Assembly: GCA_964613435.1 (NCBI GenBank)
Contig: CAZTHA010000002.1
Location: 1-41,761 of the forward strand
From: an uncultured bacterium
Lineage (GTDB): Bacteria; Muiribacteriota; Ozemobacteria; Ozemobacterales; Ozemobacteraceae
Length of the DNA: 41,761 bases
Direction: 5' to 3'
Shown here: positions 32,968-41,761 of the stretch, one piece after another
Numbering within the stretch: position 1 is the first letter of the stretch
Layout: each line of letters opens with the position of its first letter
Notes under the pieces: model-generated
What the model was told of the DNA's origin: nothing
The model's input: the letters and a program-made list of their open reading frames with translations, nothing else
The model's database searches: none
Program-made: the position numbers and the translations under genes

Positions 32968-35214
32968 CTAGAATTGAAGGTCAAAGCCTGCTGAAACATA
33001 ACGGGGTTCCTGGGGCGCATTGCTTAAACCAACGCCCCCTTCGGCAAAGCCCGGATGATAATATCGATGATCGAAAAGATTGCGAACATTGATAAATATG
33101 GAATGAGAAGCTTTTGAACCTGAGTTTAGGCGGTATCTGACGAATAGATTTGCAATTACGAAAGGTGAATTTGAAAGCTGCATGCCCGAGGCATCTTTAT
33201 ATTGCAAATAGCTTTTTCCCTGGTAAATAAACCTGGGCGAAACCGTCAGCCGGTTTCGGTCGAAAGTTAATCCTGCGTGGGCGGAGGTTCGCGACGAATA
33301 TGGCAGGGGTTCTCCGGCAACGTCGCCATTGGAAAAAGCCAGTGCGGCGAAATATTTCAACCTGAAGTTCTGGTGAAAGCTCAGCCCGTCAAAGCGTATC
33401 GAACCGCCATAAGCTGTGGCTTCACCGCGGTTGGTCCAGTGCGCTAACGTGTCGACCGGTTTTCCTTTGAAGGTTCCCGGGCCGAGAATGGCCATCTGGT
33501 GCAGATTGCTAATGTCTGAACGGTAAGCGTTCAGGGTAAAACGTTTCTTGTCATCGATTTTTAAACTAACTTCGGCCTGCATCGATCTGACCTTTTCTGG
33601 TTTCAACTCGGGGTTTGCTACATGCAGGTAATAGCTTTTTACGTCGCCGGGATTGTTTGGATCGGGGGCGAAAGAGCCGTAGTGGGCATAGGTTTTATCT
33701 GGTGGCGGTGCGAGAAAGGCTGTGCCGTAAAGAAGTTTTACGTTGGTTTTTTCATTTGGCCTGACAACGATTCCCAGTCGTGGATTGAAAGATGTGCCGT
33801 AATGGCTGTTTTTATCATATCTTGCGCCGAGAATTATCTGACATTTGCGGTTGGAGTTGGTCTGCAATTGCGCGTATCCACCAAAGTTTTCGTAGTTGAT
33901 TTTATATGTCTCAAGCGGAATACCCTGAGGTAATAGTGCACCAAGATTTGAACCAGGATAAATGTGGCCCTGTGACTCGATTGGTACATCACGATTGTAA
34001 GGGCTGGAAAGGTCTGCGGTTCTGGGCATTGAGTCGTGTTGCTGATAGGTTAGGCCGAGAGTCAGGATTTTATTACGGCTGGTTCTAAGTGTCAGGCGCT
34101 CCTCAATTGAAGTGCTGCGGTCGCGAGCGTATTTGTAACCAGGTTGATATCCGGAAAAATTGTTTACCAGGTTGGTTGCCGGGTCGACTTCGTAGAAATG
34201 ATGCGAAATCTGGCTTTGCAGATTCCAGCGGTTGGAGGGCCCGGAAAGGCGATGAATGCCGTAGATCGTGTTGTAATGAGTCTCAAACACCGCTGAACGA
34301 TCGTAAATCGTGAAATCAGGCAGAACCCCGGTCGACGAAGAGTGGCTTTCGCTTATCCGAATCATGCCCAGTTCAAATCTTTTGTGATTGAATCTGGCTT
34401 GAATGAAACGGGAATTTTCTTCAACGCTGAAAGGCCGGAAATTTGTCTTGCTTTCTGCGTTGCTTCCCGGAAAATTCAACATTCTGCCGGATTGAAACTG
34501 ATTGTTGTACCAAGCGAACTCTTTTGGATAAAATTTTGGCAGATTGGGGCCATCTGAAGAAATGTCGTGAAAAGTGAGCGAAAAGCCTGGATTACTGGTT
34601 GAGTTTCCTTTTAAAAGCCCTTTGATTTCGGAGTTGAAAGTCAGCGACAAATTGTTGGTTGAGAAGGAACCTGTTTCAAGGTGCACTTCGCTGTTTTTCG
34701 AGGTGTGGCCATTATGGGTTACGATGTTGATCAGGCCACTGAAAACGTCGGCACCGTAAATTGAAGACATTGGACCAAAGATGATTTCCACTCTTTGGGC
34801 ATTCTGAAGCGAGAATTGGCGACCAAGAGAATAAAGGTTGCCGGTGATTGGAGTGACGCGGATTCCGTCTACCATGATCTGCATGCGCTCGACTCCACTG
34901 ATGCCCATGACCGTGAGATAGTTGTTATGACCGGTATCGACTCTTCGGTTTACCTCGATTTGCGGAACGTCTTCAAGCAGATCAAGCAGATTGGTATAGC
35001 CTCGTTCTCTAATTGTTTCCGAAGAAAACACGATTGCCGAAGCCGGGGAGTCGGAGGGTTTTTCGCTGATGGTGCTTGCTGCAACAATTGGTATTTCAAG
35101 AAGCTCTTCCAGGCTCAATTCAAAAACATCCGGCCTGGTTTTGGCAAGAGTTCTCGGCGGCAAAATGCCCCAAAATATGGCGGTTAGGATCAGAATGAAT
35201 CGAAATAGATTCAT
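32968..35214 (-). CDS. TonB-dependent outer-membrane receptor
   Basis: Signal peptide from ATG 35214 (MNLFRFILILTAIFWGILPPRTLA). Plug-domain motifs (RGYTNLLDLLEDVPQIEV, MVDGIRV, QRVEIIFGPMSSIYGADVFSGLINIVT). Long beta-barrel ending in the terminal ..AGFDLQF. Confidence 0.85.
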   Translation of the reverse strand: MNLFRFILILTAIFWGILPPRTLAKTRPDVFELSLEELLEIPIVAASTISEKPSDSPASAIVFSSETIRERGYTNLLDLLEDVPQIEVNRRVDTGHNNYLTVMGISGVERMQIMVDGIRVTPITGNLYSLGRQFSLQNAQRVEIIFGPMSSIYGADVFSGLINIVTHNGHTSKNSEVHLETGSFSTNNLSLTFNSEIKGLLKGNSTSNPGFSLTFHDISSDGPNLPKFYPKEFAWYNNQFQSGRMLNFPGSNAESKTNFRPFSVEENSRFIQARFNHKRFELGMIRISESHSSSTGVLPDFTIYDRSAVFETHYNTIYGIHRLSGPSNRWNLQSQISHHFYEVDPATNLVNNFSGYQPGYKYARDRSTSIEERLTLRTSRNKILTLGLTYQQHDSMPRTADLSSPYNRDVPIESQGHIYPGSNLGALLPQGIPLETYKINYENFGGYAQLQTNSNRKCQIILGARYDKNSHYGTSFNPRLGIVVRPNEKTNVKLLYGTAFLAPPPDKTYAHYGSFAPDPNNPGDVKSYYLHVANPELKPEKVRSMQAEVSLKIDDKKRFTLNAYRSDISNLHQMAILGPGTFKGKPVDTLAHWTNRGEATAYGGSIRFDGLSFHQNFRLKYFAALAFSNGDVAGEPLPYSSRTSAHAGLTFDRNRLTVSPRFIYQGKSYLQYKDASGMQLSNSPFVIANLFVRYRLNSGSKASHSIFINVRNLFDHRYYHPGFAEGGVGLSNAPQEPRYVSAGFDLQF

Positions 35215-35525
35215 TTTTCGAAGGGCAAAAAAGGACAAAGACAAACAAAGCGAACCAGTTCTTTTGTCTGGCATTTTACTACTCTCTCGGTTTTTATTTT
35301 ACTTCAAGTATCTTGAGCTATTTTCTTATATTCCGGGTTTCATTGTCAATAAAATGGGCTGTTTATTATTATTTGTATTCTTTCAGAGTCGGTCAGATGT
35401 TTTTAAACGCCTGCTTCAGCTAATGTTGAAGTTTTCCCTTCGGGTCATTGTGGTGTAGGGATATGAGTAAAAAACGGCCTTTGGGACCCCACATCGTTAG
35501 AATTGGTAGAATAAAGCAAATTTTT

Positions 35526-35554
35526 TTGACGCTTCGAGAAATTTTCCTTAGAAT
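35526..35554 (+). promoter_or_regulatory. Sigma70-like promoter candidate
   Basis: TTGACG (35526..35531), a 17-nt spacer, then TAGAAT (35549..35554), 31 nt upstream of ATG 35586. Confidence 0.4.
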
Positions 35555-35585
35555 TATATGGTAAAATCAAAATTTGGGGGAATAT

Positions 35586-36191
35586 ATGCGAAAATTCAGG
35601 CTTTTTTTGGTCGTTGTTTTGCTTTTAGGTTTTGTTTCTGCCGTCCAAGCTGCTACCTATGGTTATCTTGTTGTGCGCGGCAAGAATCTTGATCAGATAA
35701 ACCGTGAAATCGACACGATTGAAAGACTTATTAAAACATGGAATAATGGCGAATTGCTGTACAAACATACCGTTGTTTCGGGAGGAGCTTTTTTCTTCAA
35801 AAAAGTTACTTCAACTCTCTTCTTTGCCGGCAGCCAGAAGGAGATTTCGACATTTTTGACTTCAGGACCCTATGAAGGCGACTACCTGCGCGATGTTGTG
35901 GTTAAATTCGATTATCGCAGCATGGTTTCAAACAGTGCTTTCGACGGCGATATCAGCACCAGTTTTACCAGAAAATTCACCAATATCCGCAATGCACTGG
36001 TAACGATCCAGGACAAGAGTTCAGATGTTCTTTGGTCCGATCTTCCCAAGACCAAGTTGAAAAAGCATCTGGTCAACGGCTCTTTGATCGACCCGGTTGT
36101 CAGTATCAGCTTTTATAGTGTTCAGGTGCTTGAAGAAAACCGCCTTTTTGGTATTTCTTTCACCACTTCTGGTGCTGTTCCGGAAAAATAG
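35586..36191 (+). CDS. Hypothetical secreted protein
   Basis: ATG 35586 after a GGGGG SD. Signal peptide MRKFRLFLVVVLLLGFVSAVQA. No recognised domain. Confidence 0.6.
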   Translation: MRKFRLFLVVVLLLGFVSAVQAATYGYLVVRGKNLDQINREIDTIERLIKTWNNGELLYKHTVVSGGAFFFKKVTSTLFFAGSQKEISTFLTSGPYEGDYLRDVVVKFDYRSMVSNSAFDGDISTSFTRKFTNIRNALVTIQDKSSDVLWSDLPKTKLKKHLVNGSLIDPVVSISFYSVQVLEENRLFGISFTTSGAVPEK

Positions 36192-36203
36192 CCTTTGTCA
36201 GAG

Positions 36204-36264
36204 AAAAGGGGCTGTCCCACAGGCTTGTTTTTACAAGTTGGCTCCTATGGGACAGCCTTTTTTT
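36204..36264. terminator. Bidirectional intrinsic terminator between convergent genes
   Basis: Perfect 10-bp arms GGCTGTCCCA (36210..36219) and TGGGACAGCC (36248..36257), with an inner CTTGT/ACAAG hairpin. Flanked by an A-run on the left and T7 on the right. Confidence 0.6.
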
Positions 36265-37024
36265 ACGGTTGCTTTTTCAGCCAATAACTGCTCCCATCGG
36301 CTTTACGATCAATAAATCCATATTCGATCAAGTAGCGTCTTAGCATGACATAATCGTCATAAATTTCTTTCAAAATCTCGTTTACCTCTTTTTCATCGTA
36401 CAGTCGGCCGGCCTGAAAGCGATCTGAAATGTGTCGCAACACTACAAGTTTGCTTTTTTCTTTGACGGCAAAAGTTTGCAGTCTTCCATCGAGACCTTCT
36501 GGAAAGAGTTTTTTGAGAATTTTCTCATTTTCTTCGGAAGTGATTTTGTAACGATCATCGATCATTGTTGCTGTTTCATGGGGCTTGATGAATCTGGGCG
36601 GCTGATTTTCACGCATTCGCAGCAGTTGCATGATTGCCAGGAAAATTTTTGCCTGTTTTTCCTTTTCCTTAAGGGAGAAACGGTGATTTCTAACCGTAGA
36701 AATACTACCGATTTTCAACTTTTGCTGGATCTGCTGGTCGGTCAAACCCTGGTAAAAAAGATGTAACAGCTGAGCCTGGTGCTCTGAAAGACCGTTTTCT
36801 TTCTTGTCCAGACCGACAAGCCAGGTGAATGATGAACTATGCTTATTTTCAATGTGAAGCCTGACAAAACGTCGGGCATCGTAAAGCTGGTCATCTTCAT
36901 TGAATATGCGACCCTTTTCGAAAGTTCGGTCACAGATCAGGCATTGAAAGTATTCTTCGTTTTCGCAAAAACCATTTTTAAGATCTTCGAGTTCGATGTT
37001 GTTCATGTCTTTGTCGTTTTTCAT
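36263..37024 (-). CDS. Transcriptional regulator: N-terminal C2H2-like zinc finger, LuxR/GerE-type HTH, C-terminal DUF2087
   Basis: CLICDRTF...RLHIENKH (CxxC..HxxxxH). LSEHQAQLLHLFYQGLTDQQIQQKLKIGSISTVRNHRFSLKEK (HTH). The C-terminal KSKLVVLRHISDRFQAGRLYDEKEVNEILKEIYDDYVMLRRYLIEYGFIDR matches the DUF2087 pattern. Confidence 0.6.
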   Translation of the reverse strand: MKNDKDMNNIELEDLKNGFCENEEYFQCLICDRTFEKGRIFNEDDQLYDARRFVRLHIENKHSSSFTWLVGLDKKENGLSEHQAQLLHLFYQGLTDQQIQQKLKIGSISTVRNHRFSLKEKEKQAKIFLAIMQLLRMRENQPPRFIKPHETATMIDDRYKITSEENEKILKKLFPEGLDGRLQTFAVKEKSKLVVLRHISDRFQAGRLYDEKEVNEILKEIYDDYVMLRRYLIEYGFIDRKADGSSYWLKKQP

Positions 37025-37311
37025 AGATAAAAATCCTTTTTGTTTATTTATATTATAGATAATATCGTCAAAAATCTATTTTGTAAAGAGTTTTTTTATT
37101 TCCAGGCGAAGGTAACTCTTTGTTGTAAAAAAAGTTAGGCCGTTCTGTAAAAAAATTTTTCGGCGGGGCGCTACTTCATGCTATCTGACGATATTTTGTG
37201 TTGCCTCTAAGGCGGTGAGAAATTGATAGTTTTCATCTTTTGCCAGTCAAATTGAGGCTGCGGCACATAAATTGCTTTATCAACAGAAGAATTGTACCGG
37301 GAGGAATGTCG

Positions 37312-37902
37312 ATGGCAAATTTTAAGAAATTATTGGTGTTTTGTTTAATTCTTTTATCAAGTGTATCCTTGCATGCGGTCCAGCCTGAAGATGGTTCGAA
37401 ACTGGCCGTTGTCGATTCGGGAAGACTTCTGACTATGCTTGGGCAGAAATATAAAATTGCTGCGTTGGTGATGGATGATTATCGGTTGGCGATTAAAAAG
37501 ATGCCGATCGTCAAGGGCCAGGAAAAGGCAACTGAAGAAAGAATCAATAATACCCTCGAAGAGATTCTTGCCTTTTACTCAACCCAGTTGATTCGCCCCC
37601 TGATGATCGAAATCAATCGTCTCGTGGCCGAAAAAAAGTTTCTGGCCATAGTCAACAAGGCTTCATTCAAACTCGAAAATGTGTTGCTGCAAGGGGTCGA
37701 ATCAAGAGCCGGCGCAGTTCCTCCCAAAAGAAACCCTGCTCTGGAACAGCTTGAAAAGCCATTTGGCAATGGTGTCTACTTTTCTGAATATCAGGCGGTT
37801 GAAGTGACCGATGCGCTGCTGCCGCTAATTGAAAAACATCTGCAGACCACTCCTCTGGTACGTTATTCCGTTCAAACGCCGGCAAAGGAGAAGAAAGAAT
37901 GA
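37312..37902 (+). CDS. Secreted Skp/OmpH-like periplasmic chaperone candidate
   Basis: ATG 37312 after GGGAGGA. Signal peptide MANFKKLLVFCLILLSSVSLHA. KLAVVDSGRLLTMLGQKYKIA and KKFLAIVNKASF resemble the two ends of Skp (KIAVV... / ..DLVVD.NAV). Weak assignment. Confidence 0.4.
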   Translation: MANFKKLLVFCLILLSSVSLHAVQPEDGSKLAVVDSGRLLTMLGQKYKIAALVMDDYRLAIKKMPIVKGQEKATEERINNTLEEILAFYSTQLIRPLMIEINRLVAEKKFLAIVNKASFKLENVLLQGVESRAGAVPPKRNPALEQLEKPFGNGVYFSEYQAVEVTDALLPLIEKHLQTTPLVRYSVQTPAKEKKE

Positions 37903-40900
37903 AAAGAATCAATCTGCTGAAATTCCAGTGGTTCTCTTCTTTACTGATGTTCGTTGCCGTTCTTCTGACAGCAGGTTCCGCCCAGGCTTTCGACAACAGC
38001 TTTGAAAGAATTATCAATGTAATTCCCGACACCGGAAATATGAACGAGCCGGTTGCTGCCAACCGAAAATTCTCGGCGCAATTTACCGTTGAGCTGGCTA
38101 CCTCGACCGTGGAGATCTACAAGTCGCCGCAAAACGCTTCCGGTACGCCGCAGACGATATACGTAAAAGCCTTTATTTCCTGGCGAAACGATAGTAATTT
38201 CGTTCAGGCGTTTTCCGGATCCTTTACTCCGGTTAATAACGATATTCTTACCTCATCCAAGACCTTCAGCTTCTCTATTCAAAACCCGACAACCTGGGGT
38301 AATCCAGCTCGATTGGTCGTTCTGGCCAGATATCAGAGTACGCCTCCCGGATCACCGTTTTCTTTCAATGGCCGTGGCGACGTCTGGAACAACACGATCA
38401 GCATGCCTCCTCCTGCCGCTGACGTCAGCCTTGGTGGCGGTAGCACCTATTATGAATCTTTGGACTCATTTACCGGTTCTATCGGCGAAGCACTGCCGAA
38501 TGGAACGGTCAGAATCAATTTTGATGTCGGCGTAAAGATTTTTATCAACCCTCTGGGCGGCGCTTATGATCCTACAAGAGAAGGCGTCAGAGTCTGGGTC
38601 GATACAAGTGGCGGTACAAATCCGACAACCAAGATTTACGAAGAAGCAAAGCTTGCCGGGGCATGGTGGGCAGCTCAGGGCTATCCTTCATTGCCTTTCG
38701 TTTTGCCGTTCAATGGTTCATATGTTTTTCCGAACAATACTCCCGGGGTTATTGTCGGAGGGGTCGGCCTGAGCTGGCCTCCATATCCAAGCCTTGGTGC
38801 CAACACCACCTGGGGACAACAGAACACCTATACCTGGCGTCTGCCGCCGCGTGGCGTGAATATTTCCGTTCCCAGCATCGTTTTTGAATCGGTCAGTAAT
38901 AATTACACGGCGAGCGCCTTGCTGAGAAGTCTGCAGATCAATTCCCGTATTACGGGTTATAAATGGGTCTGGGGCGATGGCTCCAGTAGTGGAATAATAG
39001 ATTCCGGACAATCTAGCTCTTCTATTAACAAGACCTACAATACACCGGGAGTTTACAACGCCAAGTGCGTTATTCACTATCAGAACTCCGATTCTTACGC
39101 AACGACTCTCGAGGTGCCTTTTACCGTCGAAGTAAAACCTTTGCCGAGAATTTTCCCGCCGAACCAGATCGTCATTCGCGAGCCGGTGAACGGCAATGTC
39201 GTGCTGTTTCCCGGTGAAGATGTAAACTGTAATTATCAGGCAGAAGGCCAGACTCAGCTTGTCTGCCAGCAGAACAAGGAAAACGACTATTATCTTTATT
39301 ACCGATTCTTTGAAAACCCGTCTTTGACCACTTATGTGCAGTCAAGCTATCTGCCCAAGGCCCAGGAATCACAAGCGGTGCCCCATAAGTTTACTTCTCT
39401 CGGTGAGAAAAAAGTGGAATTGTGGGTTCGCTACCGGAAAGCCGAGATTCAGGCCGGCAATCTGGCTAATGTCGCTGCCAACAACGCTGACGGATATTTT
39501 CATTCCCGCTTGCGGAGCAGGACGGTTACGGTTGAATCTCAGACGGTGCTCGAGGGAGATGCCCAACAACGCATAACTTTTTCTGTTTCAAAGGCATGGG
39601 TTCCTGCAGAAACTGATTATATCGCGCAAAAGAGCCTGACAGTGAGCGCTCAGAGTGCCACAATCGATTTTACCGGTTCAGCTGAAATCTTTTATGCCTG
39701 TCGCGATGAAAACTCAAACGTAGCACTTGACCAGAAATCTGGCGTTCGGCCGGGTTCGGTTCAATATCGCTGGAAAATTCTCACCCCTGATAATCAGGAT
39801 GCCTGTGTCGCAGGCATGGCGACGGTAAATCAGCCCTATCTTCTAAACTGGCAGACATTGTCAGGAACTTCCAATACCATCGCGCCGATATCGGTGACTT
39901 TCAGGGTGCCATTTGGAACGACGGTCAATCCTGATCGTTTTTATCGGGTCGTCCTTGAAGGAAAATACAAGGAATTGGCCTGGAAACCAGTTTATTCTTC
40001 AAGTGATCCCTCTAAAATAGTAAATTGGGAAGACAGTCTGGTATACGAAAACAATAATCTCGTGCGTGAAATCGTTGTCGATTCGTCTGACAGCTGCTCT
40101 TCTCCAAATGATTTCCGCGATTGCTCGACTGGAAATACTGCTCCACCACTGAACAAAGAAGGCACTGATCTTCTGTTCGACGGCTCGATGATGGTTCGGG
40201 TCAAGATCCTCGATCTGATTCCGGCAAGATTCAGCCTGATTTCTGTTCCACAGAACCCGACCACCGGCGATCCTCTTGCTGACCCGGAAATACGGGTTCA
40301 GGTTACTGATAACAACCCTGATGCACTGCTCAATTTGCTTGAAATCAAGTATCGGCGATTTGATCAGCAGAGTTATGGAATGTCCTCAGAACTGGCGGCA
40401 GAATTGCCCGCCGGAGGCATGGCTGCAGCAGTTCAGCGACAGCAGACTGCGAGTTTGACTTACTCGACCGTTGCTTCGGCTGATTTCTCAAGAACTTTCC
40501 CAATTGGCACTCTTGATGAGGCTGGTGCCGATTCTAGCGTAGTGGCTTTTTACAACAATTCGAACGGATGGCTGCCGGAGGCATACGCAGTGACGATGGC
40601 TCAGCCTTTCGATGGCAAGCTTCCCTATACCGTTGTGGCTCATATAGATGATGGGATGAACTACTTTATCGAGTCTGATCCCCTCGAACTTGCGGTTGTT
40701 GATAATGACGCCCCGGAACTTAATCTTACTTTCATCAACAGTCGTGACAACAGTACCCGAACCTTTTCGGTCGCCGGTGGCTATAACGACCAACCAGCTG
40801 ACCCGGCCAAGGTCAATCTGACCTCGAGATTTAATGATACCCAGACTTATATCGAAGATGTAGATGACATTCTGCCGGCCAATGCCGGGCAGCGGTTCGA

Positions 40901-41246
40901 ATTTGCTGATGATCAGATTTTTACCGGCATTGCACATCAGCGATTCTTGTGTAATATTGATATCATTGACAATGTAAAACCTTCTGCATCGATCGAACTG
41001 AGTCTGAATCTTGAAGAATCCAATCAGAGTCGGCAGGTTAGCGTTTCTTTGAACGAACAGACCGCGGGAAAATTCAAAGGTAGTCGCCCAGAATACCTTT
41101 TCTACATGAGCCCGACCGATCTGCGTCGTTTGACGGTCGACGTCACCGATGGCGCCGGGAACCAGCATGGAATCGATTTGCCGCTCAAGATTCTGCCTCC
41201 AGGCCAGACAGAAATAAGGGTTTTGCAGCAGAATAACAAAAACTGA
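37899..41246 (+). CDS. Very large secreted protein with at least one PKD-like Ig-fold domain
   Basis: 1115 aa. ATGA overlap with the Skp-like gene. Signal peptide ..LLMFVAVLLTAGSAQA. PKD signature WVWGDGSSSG...YNTPGVYNAKCVIHY at about 38890..39135. The remainder has no recognisable motif. Confidence 0.7.
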   Translation: MKRINLLKFQWFSSLLMFVAVLLTAGSAQAFDNSFERIINVIPDTGNMNEPVAANRKFSAQFTVELATSTVEIYKSPQNASGTPQTIYVKAFISWRNDSNFVQAFSGSFTPVNNDILTSSKTFSFSIQNPTTWGNPARLVVLARYQSTPPGSPFSFNGRGDVWNNTISMPPPAADVSLGGGSTYYESLDSFTGSIGEALPNGTVRINFDVGVKIFINPLGGAYDPTREGVRVWVDTSGGTNPTTKIYEEAKLAGAWWAAQGYPSLPFVLPFNGSYVFPNNTPGVIVGGVGLSWPPYPSLGANTTWGQQNTYTWRLPPRGVNISVPSIVFESVSNNYTASALLRSLQINSRITGYKWVWGDGSSSGIIDSGQSSSSINKTYNTPGVYNAKCVIHYQNSDSYATTLEVPFTVEVKPLPRIFPPNQIVIREPVNGNVVLFPGEDVNCNYQAEGQTQLVCQQNKENDYYLYYRFFENPSLTTYVQSSYLPKAQESQAVPHKFTSLGEKKVELWVRYRKAEIQAGNLANVAANNADGYFHSRLRSRTVTVESQTVLEGDAQQRITFSVSKAWVPAETDYIAQKSLTVSAQSATIDFTGSAEIFYACRDENSNVALDQKSGVRPGSVQYRWKILTPDNQDACVAGMATVNQPYLLNWQTLSGTSNTIAPISVTFRVPFGTTVNPDRFYRVVLEGKYKELAWKPVYSSSDPSKIVNWEDSLVYENNNLVREIVVDSSDSCSSPNDFRDCSTGNTAPPLNKEGTDLLFDGSMMVRVKILDLIPARFSLISVPQNPTTGDPLADPEIRVQVTDNNPDALLNLLEIKYRRFDQQSYGMSSELAAELPAGGMAAAVQRQQTASLTYSTVASADFSRTFPIGTLDEAGADSSVVAFYNNSNGWLPEAYAVTMAQPFDGKLPYTVVAHIDDGMNYFIESDPLELAVVDNDAPELNLTFINSRDNSTRTFSVAGGYNDQPADPAKVNLTSRFNDTQTYIEDVDDILPANAGQRFEFADDQIFTGIAHQRFLCNIDIIDNVKPSASIELSLNLEESNQSRQVSVSLNEQTAGKFKGSRPEYLFYMSPTDLRRLTVDVTDGAGNQHGIDLPLKILPPGQTEIRVLQQNNKN

Positions 41247-41259
41247 TGCGGTGGTGTTG

Positions 41260-41761
41260 ATGAAAAAAGGATATTCGCTGATTGAGATAATGGTCGCAAC
41301 GCTTATTCTGGCGGCTGCGATCATTCCTATCAGCGCTTTGATTACCCAGGATACCGGCAATTCCATGGTTCTTGCCAATTCGATCTTTGCTCAGCAAAAG
41401 GCGCGTTTGATTCTCGATACCCTTCTGGATCAGGTTGATTTTGACGAGCTGCAACCAGGCTTGCCGGCTTCTTTAACCGGCGATTCGGCGACCAGATTCG
41501 GTCAGCAGCTTTTCCCCGGCAACGCTGGAAACAGTTCGCAACAGTTTTGTGAAGGTATTTTTGAAAACAAAGGCTGGAAATTTCAGGTAACGCTTCAGGT
41601 CAAAGAAATTCCGGATGCTCAGATCGGATTTTCGGCCTATCGGAATCCGGATGTTTTTGCAACCTGGAGTGACCCGGCCAGCCAGCCACAGAGCCTTGTG
41701 CAAAAAGCCGCCCTTGAAGAGAGTGGCGGTAACCCTTCGTATATGCAGGTGCATACGCCCA
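41260..41761 (+). CDS. Type IV pilin-like/T2SS pseudopilin (prepilin N-terminal cleavage/methylation domain); 3' end off window
   Basis: Not in the ORF track because it runs off the window. Hand translation from ATG 41260 is open to the end: MKKG/YSLIEIMVATLILAAAIIPISALI..., i.e. a short basic leader, Gly-1, aromatic +1, Glu+5 and a hydrophobic helix. Confidence 0.8.
   Translation, partial: MKKGYSLIEIMVATLILAAAIIPISALITQDTGNSMVLANSIFAQQKARLILDTLLDQVDFDELQPGLPASLTGDSATRFGQQLFPGNAGNSSQQFCEGIFENKGWKFQVTLQVKEIPDAQIGFSAYRNPDVFATWSDPASQPQSLVQKAALEESGGNPSYMQVHTP

Noticed and set aside
40488-41378. 296-aa minus-strand ORF at the right end
   Set aside because: It is antisense to the 3' part of the 1115-aa secreted protein and to the start of the pseudopilin gene, both with signal or prepilin motifs. 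It has no motif of its own.
1-41761. CRISPR arrays, tandem repeats, rRNA/tRNA genes, inteins, programmed frameshifts
   Set aside because: I saw no periodic direct repeats, no cloverleaf-like sequences in the intergenic regions, no oversized dnaB (448 aa, normal length) and no split reading frames among the recognised genes.

Overview
A 41.8 kb chromosomal window from a diderm (Gram-negative-type) bacterium, judged by lpxK, a TonB-dependent receptor, a Skp-like chaperone and a pseudopilin. GC looks moderate by eye. I saw no rRNA, tRNA, CRISPR array, transposase or integrase. All calls come from reading translations and recalling family motifs; no searches were run.

The main result is the left 6.5 kb on the minus strand. 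Seven tightly packed genes, four of them joined by ATGA start/stop overlaps, encode what looks like a complete eukaryote-like ubiquitination cascade:
- Ubl (6488..6210)
- E1 (6213..4999)
- JAB/MPN deubiquitinase with a TM anchor and coiled coil (4994..3723)
- glycine-zipper polytopic membrane protein ending in an FHA domain (3696..2596)
- C4HC3 RING/PHD-like finger with 2 TM helices (2599..1928)
- C4HC3 RING/PHD-like finger with 3 TM helices and a trypsin-like serine protease (1931..594)
- a canonical HPN-Cys E2 (597..<1)

The E2 is missing from the supplied ORF track because it runs off the window edge. Four of the seven products are membrane proteins. The N-terminal finger plus TM layout recalls membrane-embedded RING-CH E3 ligases. 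This gene content differs from the experimentally studied bacterial Ubl systems as I recall them (Bil, Bub, CBASS Cap2/Cap3). Just upstream, same strand, lies a large TM protein with two Tim44-like/zinc-ribbon modules and a TerB-like domain.

The rest of the window is mostly housekeeping or envelope-related:
- an orphan molybdopterin subunit of the xanthine dehydrogenase family
- a secreted two-HKD PLD-family protein
- a glycan/LPS cluster (fused double GT4, a GT-like protein, a pyruvyl transferase, lpxK, a PAP2 phosphatase)
- the conserved block rpsF-ssb-rpsR-DUF2232-rplI-dnaB
- a lone EutS/PduU-like BMC-domain gene overlapping trmO, then a NifU/IscU-like scaffold and a YitT-family protein
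- a P2-type ATPase and a TonB-dependent receptor
- a Zn-finger/LuxR-HTH/DUF2087 regulator
- a Skp-like gene, a 1115-aa secreted PKD-domain protein, and a truncated pseudopilin at the right edge, also absent from the ORF track
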